Shown: piece after piece, positions 21,801 through 32,007 of the stretch
How the letters are laid out: each line of letters starts with the position of its first letter
How positions within the stretch are numbered: position 1 is the first letter of the stretch
DNA from: Chrysochromulina tobinii
Lineage: Eukaryota
Assembly: GCA_001275005.1 (NCBI GenBank)
Contig: JWZX01003293.1
Location: 1 to 33,759, forward strand
DNA length: 33,759 nt
Direction of reading: 5' to 3'
Program-made: the position numbers and the translations under genes
The notes under the pieces: generated by a model
What the model saw: only the letters and a program-made list of their open reading frames with translations
Database searches by the model: none
Told to the model about the DNA's origin: nothing

Positions 21801-23945
21801 TCAGGGTGCACACGCCACTGACATGCCCACTGCGTACCCTTGATTCGCCTTTGAGTGCCCTCTGATGACCCTGATGACCGTCTGACTGCCACGGATGGGC
21901 ACTCATTGGCCACGGATGGGCACTCATTCGCACTCATTGGCTTCGCGCAGGAGGACGAGATGCGCCAGCGCCAGGAGCTCGCTCGCAGCTGGGTCCTCCA
22001 TCCGGGCTCGCCTTACAAAAACGCGTGGGACGCGTGCCTCGCTGTGCTCGTCGTCTACTCTGTCGTGGTGGTGCCACTGCGCATCGGATTCAATGAGGAG
22101 GCAACTCCCCGTTCAGCTATATTTTGGTTTGAGGTGTCCATCGACTTCATCTTCATCATCGACATCGTGGTCAACTGCCGCACCGCGTACCTGACAGCTC
22201 ACGGCCTGCTGGAGAAGCGGCCGCGTCAGATCGCGCGACATTATCTGCTCTCGTGGTTCGTCGCCGATGTGGCTGCCTCCATCCCCGTCGACCTCATCCT
22301 GCTCGCAAACCAGGCATTCGCGGAGGGCGATGGCAGCGAGGAGCGCGACTCGTACCGGATGACGAAGCTGATTAAGGCGCTGCGCCTCTTGCGGCTGTTC
22401 CGGTTGGTCCGCCTCGTTAAGCTCGCCAGGCTAATCAAGATTGTGCAGGAGAAGCTCCAAATCAACCCGTTTGTGCTGCAGCTCGTCAAGCTCTGCTTTA
22501 AGATGTCGTTCTTAATTCATCTCTCCGCCTGCGCGTGGCACTGGTCCGCCGCCTTCGATCTACCCGAATATTCTCCATTCGCGTGCCAAGCACGTGCGGC
22601 GGCGGGGCAGCAAACCTGCTTCGACGAGCGCGTCACCATGGCCATGGCTACGTGGCTTCAGTACTTTGAGGCGAGCCACTTTTCGAACGGCGAGTGGCCG
22701 ACCACCCTCGAGGCCTACACCGCCTCGATCTACTGGGCGATGACCACAGTGGCGACGATCGGGTACGGCGACATCAAGTCTATTTCGAATCTCGAGCGCT
22801 TGATGAGCATAGTCATCATGCTCTCGGGCTCGATCGTCTTTGGCGTCGTGGTGGGCGGCATGAGCGACTCGTTAGAACAGATGAATTCGGTGCGCGCGCG
22901 CAGGACCCGGAAGAAGGACTATGTAAAGGCCATGCTGCGCGAGCGCAACGTGCCGCATGCGCTCATCATTCGAACGAAGCAATACTATGAGCGTTACTTG
23001 CTCGAGTGCGGGGACGTTGTGACGGAGCAGAAGATCCTGAGCGAGCTCCCGCCGCCGCTGCGCACCGAGTTGCTCCTCTGCCTCAACTTGCGCACTGTGG
23101 AGTCCATCGCCTTTTTCCACGGCCAAGACTCGACCTTTATCATCTCCGTGTGCAAGATGCTCAAGCCGTGTTACTTTGCACCGCTGGACTGGATCTTCAA
23201 GGAGGGCGACCTCGGGCTCGAGATGTACTTTGTGCAGCTGGGCTCCGTCGACGTGATCTGCTTCCTCGATGGCGAAGAGGTGATCCTGGAGACCCTCGAG
23301 GCAGGTGCGTACTTTGGCGAAGTGGCGGTGATGATGGACGACGTGCGACGCGAGGCGTCTGTACGCGCCGTCTCGTTCTGCTCGATGTTCTCGTTCACCA
23401 AGGAGAACCTCAACCGGCTCCTCCAGATGTACCCCGACGTGATGAAGAAGATGCAGACACAGATGGAGCGCCGGCTGCGCCAGTACCGGCTCAAGCGCTC
23501 CATCCAAAATGTCAAGTCGGCCAACGCCGTCAAGTCGGCCAACACCTTGTCCCCCGATACTGCTGCCAGTTTCTGTCAGCCGAGTGCCTTGCCTTCCGGC
23601 GAGCTTAGGCCGCAAGAGCCCGTACGCCGTCAAGGCTCCCTCGCGAAAGTGTTCCCGATCATGCGCTCGCCTTCGATGCAGATCCGGACGAGCACGACCT
23701 CGATAGGAGAGAAGGAGAAGCAGCCGTCGCTCGAGAAGCTCCTCAAGGTCCTCAACAACACCAACTCGATCGAGCAGATCGAAGAGAAAGTTCGCTCACG
23801 TTCCTCTTCGCATGAGGATATATTCGAGCCGAATTTGGATTGTTCTGTCGCTCCGGCCGAGGCAGGTGGCGCAGGAGCCGCAGGGACCGCGGGGGGCGAT
23901 GGGCAGCCCCCATCGGCCACGCTCGGAGCTCGAGGAGGAGGATGA
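18823..23945 (+). CDS. Tandem two-repeat cyclic-nucleotide-binding-domain K+ channel (2 x [6TM + C-linker + CNBD]), ~1593 aa; exons 18823-20298, 20392-20865, 20969-21805, 21951-23945
   Basis: Two S4 segments (LRVMRLVRLVRLLKLFRTLK; KALRLLRLFRLVRLVKLAR), two pores (TTVGYGD; ATIGYGD) and two CNBDs (HFGEEVL; YFGEVAV..RREASVRA). Three phase-0 introns keep the frame. Upstream in-frame ATGs at 18706 and 18724 are alternative starts. Confidence 0.85.
20299..20391 (+). other. Spliceosomal intron (93 nt, GT-AG)
   Basis: GAG|GTGCGA ... CTTCCTCAG|GTG. Its removal eliminates an in-frame stop within the C-linker. Confidence 0.85.
20866..20968 (+). other. GC-AG spliceosomal intron (103 nt)
   Basis: CAG|GCGAGT ... 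CCTGCAG|GTG. It joins LLYVHKQ to VLESLNESYP, completing the CNBD helices. Confidence 0.8.
21806..21950 (+). other. Spliceosomal intron (145 nt, GT-AG) linking the two channel repeats
   Basis: AGG|GTGCAC ... TTCGCGCAG|GAG, phase 0. Contains CTGATGACC motifs and a tandem GCCACGGATGGGCACTCATT. Confidence 0.7.
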
Positions 23946-24800
23946 CGTGCCATCGGGGTGGGTCCGAAATCCTGACGGCAGCCTCACCAAGGCCGCCTGA
24001 TCTTCATCGAACCGATTCACACGGCGGCTGATGCAGCTGATGTATGCGTCTGGCAGCACAGTGCACACATGTGGTGCATTGCATTCTGCAGCGCCCTCAA
24101 CAGCCGTTCCTCTTCTCTGTTGGGTTCTTAGAGTCGAGTATATCAGGTCGAGTGTCAGAGATCCATGACGCGCTTGAGACGCATGTTGAGACGTCTTGAC
24201 AGTCTCAGCCCGCAGGTCCGTCCTGCATGCGTGTGCAAGCGCATGTTATGGCAGAAAATGCGTGACACAATGAAGACAAACGTGTTCGTATGTAAGTCTC
24301 GTCTGTGGTAGTATTAAACCTTCGAAGCGTTGGATTCGAAAGCGATAATCGATCGACAGGTGCGAGGCTGGGTGTCTATGTGGGAAGTCTGTGGGCGGCG
24401 AGGTCCGATGACCCGGACGCCCGTCGCGTCCCGTCACGGTATGGGCGACTCCGCCCCGCCACAGCGAGAGCCGAGCACCGGTCGAAGCACCGGAGTCGCC
24501 CGCAGCAGGGTCTTGAGCGTCTCGAGAAGTCTCGAGTCTACGCCTCCCATCGAGCGTGGGCGCGACGGCCCTCCGGGCGCGCGGCTAACGCGGCAAACAA
24601 CGGCCCGGCTGCCGGCGTGGCTGTCGGGTCGTGCCGAGATACACTCGCCCAGACGGGAGCAGACGTACGAACACTCACCTCACCCGGCTCATTATCAACC
24701 ACCTCAGATGGCACCACCTTTCCCCACAAGGAAGACACGTGTGCAGAAATGCGTGCAGAATCCGTGGCAGCACGTCTGCACATGCCCGCGCGCCCGCCGC

Positions 24801-26034
24801 TCACGACACAGCTGGCTCCTCTGTGTCGTACCTGGTGAAGGACGCCATCAGACGCCATCAGACGCCATCAGACGTCATCAGACGCAATCAGACGCAATCA
24901 GACGCAATCGGCTAGCTCCTCGGGGTCGTACCCGTTGGGATTTTGGCTGATCCATTTCCACGAGTCTGCACACATGTCTTCCAAGTTGAGCTCCGCCTTC
25001 CAGCCGAGCTCGACCTCCGCCTTCTTGGGCAGGCCGTAGCACACAGCCACGTCACCTGATGATATGAAACACTCAGACGGGATCAGATGGCAAGCAGAGG
25101 CAGCCAGAGGGCAGTCAGAGGCCCATCCGAGCGCCATCAGAGGGTCATCTGTCACACCAGGTCGGCGGTCGGCCATGACGTGCTTGAGTTCTTTCCCACA
25201 GGCCTTCGAGTAGGCAGCGAGCATCTCGAGCACAGAGTTGCCGTTGCCGGTGCCCAGGTTGTACGTGGCGCAGCCCGGGTTTGTCTCGACCTTCTTGAGA
25301 GCGGCAAGGTGCCCTTTTGCGAGGTCGACGACGTGGATGTAGTCGCGCACGCCCGTGCCGTCCTTCGTGGGGTAGTCTGACCCGTAGACGGTGAGGTGCG
25401 GGCGCTTGCCCACGGCGACCTGCTGGATGTAAGGCATCAGGTTGTTTGGGATTCCCTTCGGGTTCTCGCCGATCTGGCCGCTCTTGTGCGCGCCTACCGG
25501 ATTGAAGTAGCGCAGCAGGATAACGTTCCACGATTTGTCGCTCTCGTACACGTCCTTGAGGATGTACTCGATGAAGAGCTTCGTGCGCCCGTACGGGTTG
25601 GTGGCCGAGGTGGGGAAATCTTCGGTGACCGGCACCGAAGCCGGGTCGCCGTACACCGTCGCCGATGACGAGAACACGATGTTCTTGCAGCCGCCCGCAC
25701 CCATTGCCTTGAGCAGGTTGACGGTGCCGGTGATGTTGTTCTCGTAGTAGAAGAGCGGCTTGGCGACCGACTCGCCGACTGCCTTGAGGCCTGCAAAGTG
25801 GATCACCGCGTCGAACTTGGTGCTGGCGAACAGCACCTCCATGCCCGGCGCGTCCAGCAGGTCGATCTTGTGCAGCTTGATCTCCTTGCCGGAGAGCTTC
25901 ATCACCCGGTTGAGGGCCTCCTCGCTCGCATTGTACATGTTGTCCATGACCTCGACCTCATGGCCAGCCTCGAGTATCTCGAGCGCCGTGTGCGAGCCGA
26001 TGTACCCAGCACCGCCGGTCAGCAGGACTTTCAT
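24801..26034 (-). CDS. galE: UDP-glucose 4-epimerase, ~343 aa; exons 26034-25158, 25055-24932, 24831-24801
   Basis: Motifs TGGAGYIGSH, HFAGLKAVGES, FSSSATVYG, YGRTK, LRYFNPVGAH and GTGVRDYIHV. Removing the 102-nt intron restores RRPGDV. Confidence 0.95.
24832..24931 (-). other. Probable terminal intron of galE (100 nt) made of a duplicated exon start plus a 10-bp tandem repeat
   Basis: GG|GTACGA ... CTTCACCAG|GTACGA. Seven copies of GACGCMATCA-type units at 24841-24910. Confidence 0.65.
25056..25157 (-). other. Spliceosomal intron (102 nt, in frame, no stop)
   Basis: CCTG|GTGTGA ... CATCAG|GTGAC. It interrupts the conserved RRPGD motif. Confidence 0.9.
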
Positions 26035-26166
26035 TTTTGACGCGGCGTCGCGCGCGTGAGAGCGTGCGCAAAGATCATGGCGTGATGTGACAAATTCCTA
26101 ATTTGTGAAATCTTATCGCAGTGGGGAATGTCGACGTCGACCAAGTTGTGACCGTGCGATTTGCAC

Positions 26167-27030
26167 CTAAAAAGCGGCGGGCTTCTCGTCTACCCTGAGC
26201 GCGCTCGTGACGGCCTGGAAGACGGTCATCGTGATGCCGCAGCCGGGCGCGAGCCACAGGACGCGCGCGAGGGAGCCACGCCACAGCGCACGCGTGCCCT
26301 CCGTCTGCCACACCTGTCGCATGCATGCTAGGAGCCCAACATCCTGCGGTACCGCACCCACTTGAATGCGCGTCCTGCCGCAGTCGACCGGCTGCGTGCT
26401 GAGCGCCGCGGCGGCGCCGGCGGCGACTCCCGCCATCAGATCCTCGCGCACCCCCGCGGCTTGGCGCCCTCCAAGCTGCCAGATGAGCGCCTCGTAGGTG
26501 GCAAAGTAGCACGCCGAAAACGGGCCCCAAACCACTAGGCTCGCAAAATAGCCGCGCTGAAGGCCCACGAGATGGCCCGCGCAATCATAGGCCGCCCGAG
26601 CCGCTTCGGCGGCGCTCAGCCCGAGCGGCCCAACCTGCAAGCGCTGCTTCACCACGTCCGCAGGCGTCCAAATCAGGTTCGCGGTCGCCTGTGCGACGAA
26701 TCCCGCGATTGCGTCGCCCAGCACCGTGCTCTCTGGAGCGCCGCCGCTCAGAGCGCGCCGCGTCGCGCTGTAAGTCGAGAAATAGAGAGCATTGCACGGT
26801 GCCGACACGCAGAGGCACCAGCCGTACCCGCGATAGATGCCGCGCAGGCCGAGGGCACGCGACTCGCTCACGAACGCCTCAACTGGCCCCTGGCGTGTGG
26901 CGGCAGCGATGGCACTGCTGTGTGATGCGCCCATGTCAAGATTCGCTCGTACAGTGTCGAGAGGGTGCAGCAGCGCGTCTTGCGTGAGGCCTGCCGCACA
27001 GCCAGCCAGCAACTCATTGACCTCGACCAT
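26167..27030 (-). CDS. Mitochondrial carrier family protein (SLC25; substrate uncertain), 287 aa
   Basis: Three signature motifs: PLDTVRANL, PADVVKQRLQ and PVDCGRTRIQ. Confidence 0.9.
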   Translation of the reverse strand: MVEVNELLAGCAAGLTQDALLHPLDTVRANLDMGASHSSAIAAATRQGPVEAFVSESRALGLRGIYRGYGWCLCVSAPCNALYFSTYSATRRALSGGAPESTVLGDAIAGFVAQATANLIWTPADVVKQRLQVGPLGLSAAEAARAAYDCAGHLVGLQRGYFASLVVWGPFSACYFATYEALIWQLGGRQAAGVREDLMAGVAAGAAAALSTQPVDCGRTRIQVGAVPQDVGLLACMRQVWQTEGTRALWRGSLARVLWLAPGCGITMTVFQAVTSALRVDEKPAAF

Positions 27031-27116
27031 CCTAAGAAGACGGGTCCTTCGAGCGCGCGTGCGTTCCTTACGCGGCCCACAGTGCGAGGGCAAGTGTGAA
27101 TTGGTGGGGAGAGAAA

Positions 27117-27138
27117 TCAAGTCAAGTCAAGTCAAGTC
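27117..27138. repeat. (TCAAG)4 pentamer repeat in the divergent intergenic region
   Basis: Directly visible. Confidence 0.9.
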
Positions 27139-27287
27139 ATTCTTTGTCTTTTGTATCGCCCGCCCTAAATCGGTTGCGTCGCCTTCTGTCGTCTTGATGC
27201 CGACACTGGCCACCTCGACAATCTCCGCCTGCATCCGAATCGTCGGACCTTCTCTGACAACTCGTCGGGCTTCCCAACCACACAACC

Positions 27288-28383
27288 ATGGCTCCGATGG
27301 GTGGCGGGTGCGCCACAGCACCGCGCAGCACACGGCGGCCCGCACCCGACGCAGGCCTGTGCTCGCGAGGCTCGTGTATCGCCGTTTCGCGCCGCGCGAG
27401 GCCATTCCGACGCCCATGCGGCTCATGCACACCTGACGCAATCCCGTGTGTCCGACTCGCGCAGCGCTGACACTGGCTCCGGCCTCGCGGGCATCGCGAA
27501 AAAGTTCTGCCTCACCGGTGCATCGTCGATGCTCGCCGAGGGCGCCACCTTCCCGATCGACATCACCAAGACGCGTCTGCAGCTCCAGGGCCAGGCCGAC
27601 TTCACCGGCACAAAGTTTGGCTTCGGCGGCATGATGGCCAACATCCTCAAGACCGAGGGCGTCGTTGGCCTGTACGCGGGCGTCACGCCAGCGATCGCGC
27701 GCCACATCCCGTACACGGGCTTCCGCGCCATCGGATACGAATACATCCGCGCCTTTTTTTGCGGCGACAAGCCCAAGGACCAGGCGCCGCTCCTCGCCAA
27801 GATGGCGGCCGGCATGTCGGCGGGCGCCATCGGGCAGGCGATCGCGGTGCCGTGCGACCTGATCAAGGTGCGCATGCAGTCGGATGGCCGCCTCGTCGCC
27901 GCGAAGAAGCTCGACAAGCCGCGCTACACGGGCCTCTTCGACGCGTTCGCAAAGATCCAGGCGGCCGAGGGCATTGGCGGGTTCTATGCGGGCTGCTGGC
28001 CGGCCATCCAGCGCGCGGCGCTGGTCAACCTGGGCGAGCTCACGACGTACGACACAGCCAAGAAGGCCATCGTGCCGATCACGGGCGACAACCTCCTCTG
28101 CCACCTCTCCTCCGCCATCTGCTCGGGCTTCGTCGCCTCCCTCTGCTCCACGCCTGCTGACGTGGCCAAGAGCCGTATCATGTCGCAGACCAAGCTGCCC
28201 GACGGCACGTTCCCGTACAACGGCACGCTCGATTGCTGGAAAAAGGTGGTGGCGAGCGAGGGCCCGATGGCGCTCTACAAGGGCTTCATTCCCGGCTGGC
28301 TGCGCCTCGGGCCGTGGCAGCTCGTCTTCTGGGTGTCGTACGAGCAGCTTCGCATCCTCACCGGCATCGGCGGCTTCAAGTAA
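27288..28383 (+). CDS. Mitochondrial uncoupling protein-like carrier (UCP4/plant UCP3-like), ~312 aa; exons 27288-27307 and 27465-28383
   Basis: Motifs AEGATFPIDITKTRLQLQG, PCDLIKVRMQ, QRAALVNLGELTTYD, TPADVAKSRIM and LYKGFIPGWLRLGPW. Phase-2 intron GG|GTGCGC...CTGAC...CGCAG|C (27308-27464). Confidence 0.9.
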
Positions 28384-29841
28384 GCGTCGTCCCGAGCAGC
28401 ACGCAGAGCTCGCCCCGAGGACGACGGCTGTCCACATGCGCCCACGTGCTGGCGTCGTCGTCGGCGTCGGCGGTCGCGCGGGCACGCACTGCGCGCGGGG
28501 GAGCGTGGGAGGGGGCTCGCGCGCGCGCGCTGGAGGTCGTGTGCGGTGCGTGAGAGGATTAAGGGAAGCAGGGAGGGCGCGCGAGCGATGCCGGCCGCGG
28601 CAGTGGACGCGGCGCGAGCCACTCGATGGCGCTCCGAGGCGGCTGTAGCGGCTCTGGTCACGAGGTACAAGCGGACAACAGGTCGAGCTGACTCTACTCC
28701 TCTCCGCCGTGGGGCGTCGGACGCACCGAACCCGATACGAGCCGTTGTGCGTTACCGGCTACCACCGTTCTCCCGGGCTGAGTGGTGTGAGTGCATCGTG
28801 TTTCTTCCGTCGGCTTTTTGGTGAGGATATTTGGTGTCGGCTGTCGCGGTGCGTGTCGCTGTCGGGGCGTGCGTGTCGGGCGACGTATGCCGGTGCACGT
28901 GCAGGGGTTACGGTTAGGTTTACTGTACGTACCGCCGTGTTCGCGGTCCACGCTCCACGGACCACGCGGGTACGTTGCGCGGGGCGCTACCTTGCGTTTC
29001 CGTTCTTCATCTTCCTTGGCGTGCAGGCGTCCTGTGCTCCCGGCTGGGTCGGGGCGCGGGGGCGCGGCCGCGGGCCCGGCGGCGGCGCGGGACACCGGGT
29101 ACGTTTAACATAACTTTAACACGAGTAAATACACGACGGTCACGAGAGACGAGACACGACGCCCCAGCCCCCAGGGCCCAGGCCCCACCAGCCACCTAAG
29201 CGTAAGCCCCACCCCGGGGTCGACCCCGGGGCGCGTGTCCCGGACCCCACTGCGCGACTGGACGGTCGTCCCCGCGGGCCCGCGCCTGGCGTCAAACGAC
29301 TGTTCACGACTGGCGTTCCGCGCGCCCGCGAACTGACGAACGCGTGCGGCAGGCCGCGTCGGTGCTCAGCCGCGTCAATTATCACGGGGGCCGTGAGGTG
29401 AGCCTGGGGTCTGGCGAACCGGGACCGGCACCCGGCGCCCTGACGCTCGGGGAGCCGCCAACGGCCAAGACCGTCAGGCGACAGGGCTCAGCGTCAGGGC
29501 ATCAGGAGGGACGCACCCGCACCTTGAGATTCGTCGGTAGGGTGCGGTTTTATATGGTGGGATGTCGATTTCACTGAAATAACAGCGGCGCGGGTGTGAA
29601 CGCGTTTGACAGAAGCCATGGAAATACACACCGCCTAAACACCGCCGCGCGCCGGGGCCCGGGCGTTGTCCGTTGATCAATCACCCCCCCGTGGAGGCGC
29701 TAGTGCGGTTCGCATCTACCAGCGGAGTCTTCGAGGTCGACCATCATGGAGGCGAACATCGGGCGAAAGCCCATGTCGCGCTGTCGTGGCGCGGGTCCCG
29801 TGAGGCGTTGATCGGTGCCCGGTGCGACGCTTCCCGCGCTC

Positions 29842-30674
29842 TCACAGCTTGCCGGCGCCCCCTCGGACGAAGCCAGCCTTGATGGCCTGCGCGTCCGCAA
29901 TGCATGGGAAGAAGTGCACCTGCCCCTTGACGGCGCCCTTCTGGAGCGCCTCGTTGCCGTTAGCCCACTTGCCCGGACCCACGTCCCACTTGTCCGCTGG
30001 CGTCTGAATCTCCTTGAAGTAGACGAGGATGGGGAGCTGCTCACTCGGGAAAAACTCCCAGTTCACCTGCGGGCAAGCACGTGGGTGGGCCCGTGCGATC
30101 GCTCAGCGCGTCCGGTCGTCTTCTCGTTTGGCCGTGAGCAAGGCACGCACCACCGAACTCAGCGCCCAGCGATTCTCGCCACCGACGGCGAAGTTCTCGC
30201 CGGTCGCGCCGAGATCGGTACTAAAGAGGTTGCCGAGTGGTTTGGTCTTCACTTCGATCTGTAACGGTGAGACTCGAGCTCACGCACTTAAGGTCAACAG
30301 CTGCGCGTGCATGAGTTCGACTCATGCGTTCGACTCATGCCACGAGTTCGACTCATGCCACCCACCGCCTCGCCGTCGAATACGAAGCGGATGCGAAAGG
30401 TTTGAAAGACCAAGAACATGCCGAGCACGGTCAAGAAGCCGCCGACTAAGGTAGGTGCGAAGAGGATCGCCAGTCCAGTGACTGCGAAACTCGCTGCGAC
30501 CCGATAGTCTTCCTTCACGACGACCTCCTTGGCCATGATGGGCGTCGAGCGGGCGCCAGTGGTGGTGAGCGCATGGCTGTGTGCAGCTGATACACAGGTT
30601 TTCTGCATGTATGCTGCCGGTGCGTGGAAGGCACCGGCGACAGCGAGAGAGAGAGTGAAGGCGAGAACCCGCAT
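29842..30674 (-). CDS. DUF3119-family plastid membrane protein, ~213 aa; exons 30674-30366, 30258-30151, 30066-29842
   Basis: Signal peptide followed by an AGAF motif (bipartite plastid targeting). Family-like motifs FLVFQTFRIRFVFD, GENFAVGGENRW, NWEFFP..PILVYFKE and GQVHFFP. Two phase-0 GT-AG introns (30365-30259, 30150-30067). Confidence 0.85.
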
Positions 30675-30822
30675 TTTCCCGCAGGACCGTAAAAAGTTTT
30701 CGTTACGGCGGAGCGTGTGATGAAAAACGAGCACGCACCGAGAGTGTGAAGATTTCGCTGCCGTTCCTTCCCCGGGTAAGCATCTTTCAAATCGTCCCTC
30801 GAGCTGCCCGAGTGTGTTCGAC

Positions 30823-31578
30823 ATGCCGCGCGTGCTCGAATCGGCCAGCGGCTTGACGCAGATCGATATCGACCGGTATGCACATGCACGACAGCCATCC
30901 GCCGGTGGTTGGCGGTCGGTCGAGTCGCCACACGTGAGCCAAATCATGGCGCCAGATCAGTATCCGCCCACCGCAGGGGCCCGACCGCTGCTGAAGCCCG
31001 CGATCTCTGCTCGGGACGGCGCAGGATACGCCGCTGCCAATCTTGTGGACTCTACTCGGGACGGCATGCTGCGGAAGAATGCGGTGGGGCCTTTGCCACC
31101 AGCCACAGATGCAGAGAGTCTTCGGCTCATGCAGGCCAAGGTGCGCGTGGCTGCCCCGCCGCCGGATGGTGCATACCTGAGGTCCGACAGCGGTACCGCC
31201 GCAACCTCGGGTCGCTTCCTCGGGAGCGGCAAGGCGCGCGTCGATCCATCGAAGGTCCCCGCCGTGGCCAATCTGCCCGTGGCCTCGGACGCGGACATCG
31301 CCATCTTTGCCGACCCGTCCGCAGAGATTTCCCTTCATCGGGAGATGGGACACATGAACGTGTGCGCGCGGCCGACTGATTCGCTGAGTGAGAGCCTGCA
31401 GGGGCAGCAGCGGCACTGGGTGGAACACGCGGCGGGCGCACCGCCGCCGCCATGCGCACCCGTCGTCGGGCGTACCCCCGACCCGATCGCACACACGGTG
31501 AACCTCAAGGAGGAGCAGCTCTTCGCGCGCAAGCGTGCGGGTGCGCTCAAACCACAGTCGACCTTCGCCTTCGGCTGA
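30823..31578 (+). CDS. Hypothetical protein (251 aa)
   Basis: ATG-initiated ORF with plausible amino-acid composition, divergent from the DUF3119 gene. No recognisable domain. Confidence 0.6.
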   Translation: MPRVLESASGLTQIDIDRYAHARQPSAGGWRSVESPHVSQIMAPDQYPPTAGARPLLKPAISARDGAGYAAANLVDSTRDGMLRKNAVGPLPPATDAESLRLMQAKVRVAAPPPDGAYLRSDSGTAATSGRFLGSGKARVDPSKVPAVANLPVASDADIAIFADPSAEISLHREMGHMNVCARPTDSLSESLQGQQRHWVEHAAGAPPPPCAPVVGRTPDPIAHTVNLKEEQLFARKRAGALKPQSTFAFG

Positions 31579-32007
31579 CGAGCCGACGATCGACGCACGC
31601 TGTGGCGTGGGAGCGAGATCAACGACCGGGTGGTCCGTCGGGCACCATGCCTCAGCATCATCGAAACTCGCAAACTCGCGCTCTGCCGCTTGGTAAGCGA
31701 AACTAGTCGCAGTATATAGTCCAAGTTCGTCGTAATCCTAAAGAAACACTAGCCTGCCTCGCGGTACCACGAGTAGGCGGCCAACACTAAAGTCTAGAAT
31801 CGTCGAACGCGTCAGACCCGGCGACCCCGAAGCGGTAAGCGCTTGTCCGCGAACGTCAGGGACCAGCATTCTGTTTCTGATCGATACGGACTGCGAGGAT
31901 CGCTCCTCGCGCCTTACAGCCGTAATCCCGCCGTGCGTTCTGTTCGAGGGCGGTGCAATCTCCAGATTCAAATCTCGACTCCTCCGGCGGCGGGGCGGCG
32001 TGATTAT

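Noticed and set aside
24841..24910. Short regular repeats (also 266-332 and 4196-4260) as a CRISPR array
   Set aside because: The units are contiguous with no unique spacers, there are no cas genes, and the context is eukaryotic.
27117..27138. TCAAG repeats as a relic spliced-leader sequence
   Set aside because: Only a 5-mer matches, so a simple microsatellite explains it.
28905..28924. GGGGTTACGGTTAGGTTTAC as an interstitial telomeric repeat
   Set aside because: Only about three degenerate units and no perfect TTAGGG tract.
30067..30365. DUF3119 introns (and UCP intron 27308-27464) as further flank-duplicated introns
   Set aside because: They show no clear copy of flanking exon sequence. 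Intron 30259-30365 has only an internal CATGAGTCGAAC tandem repeat. They are counter-examples, perhaps older introns.
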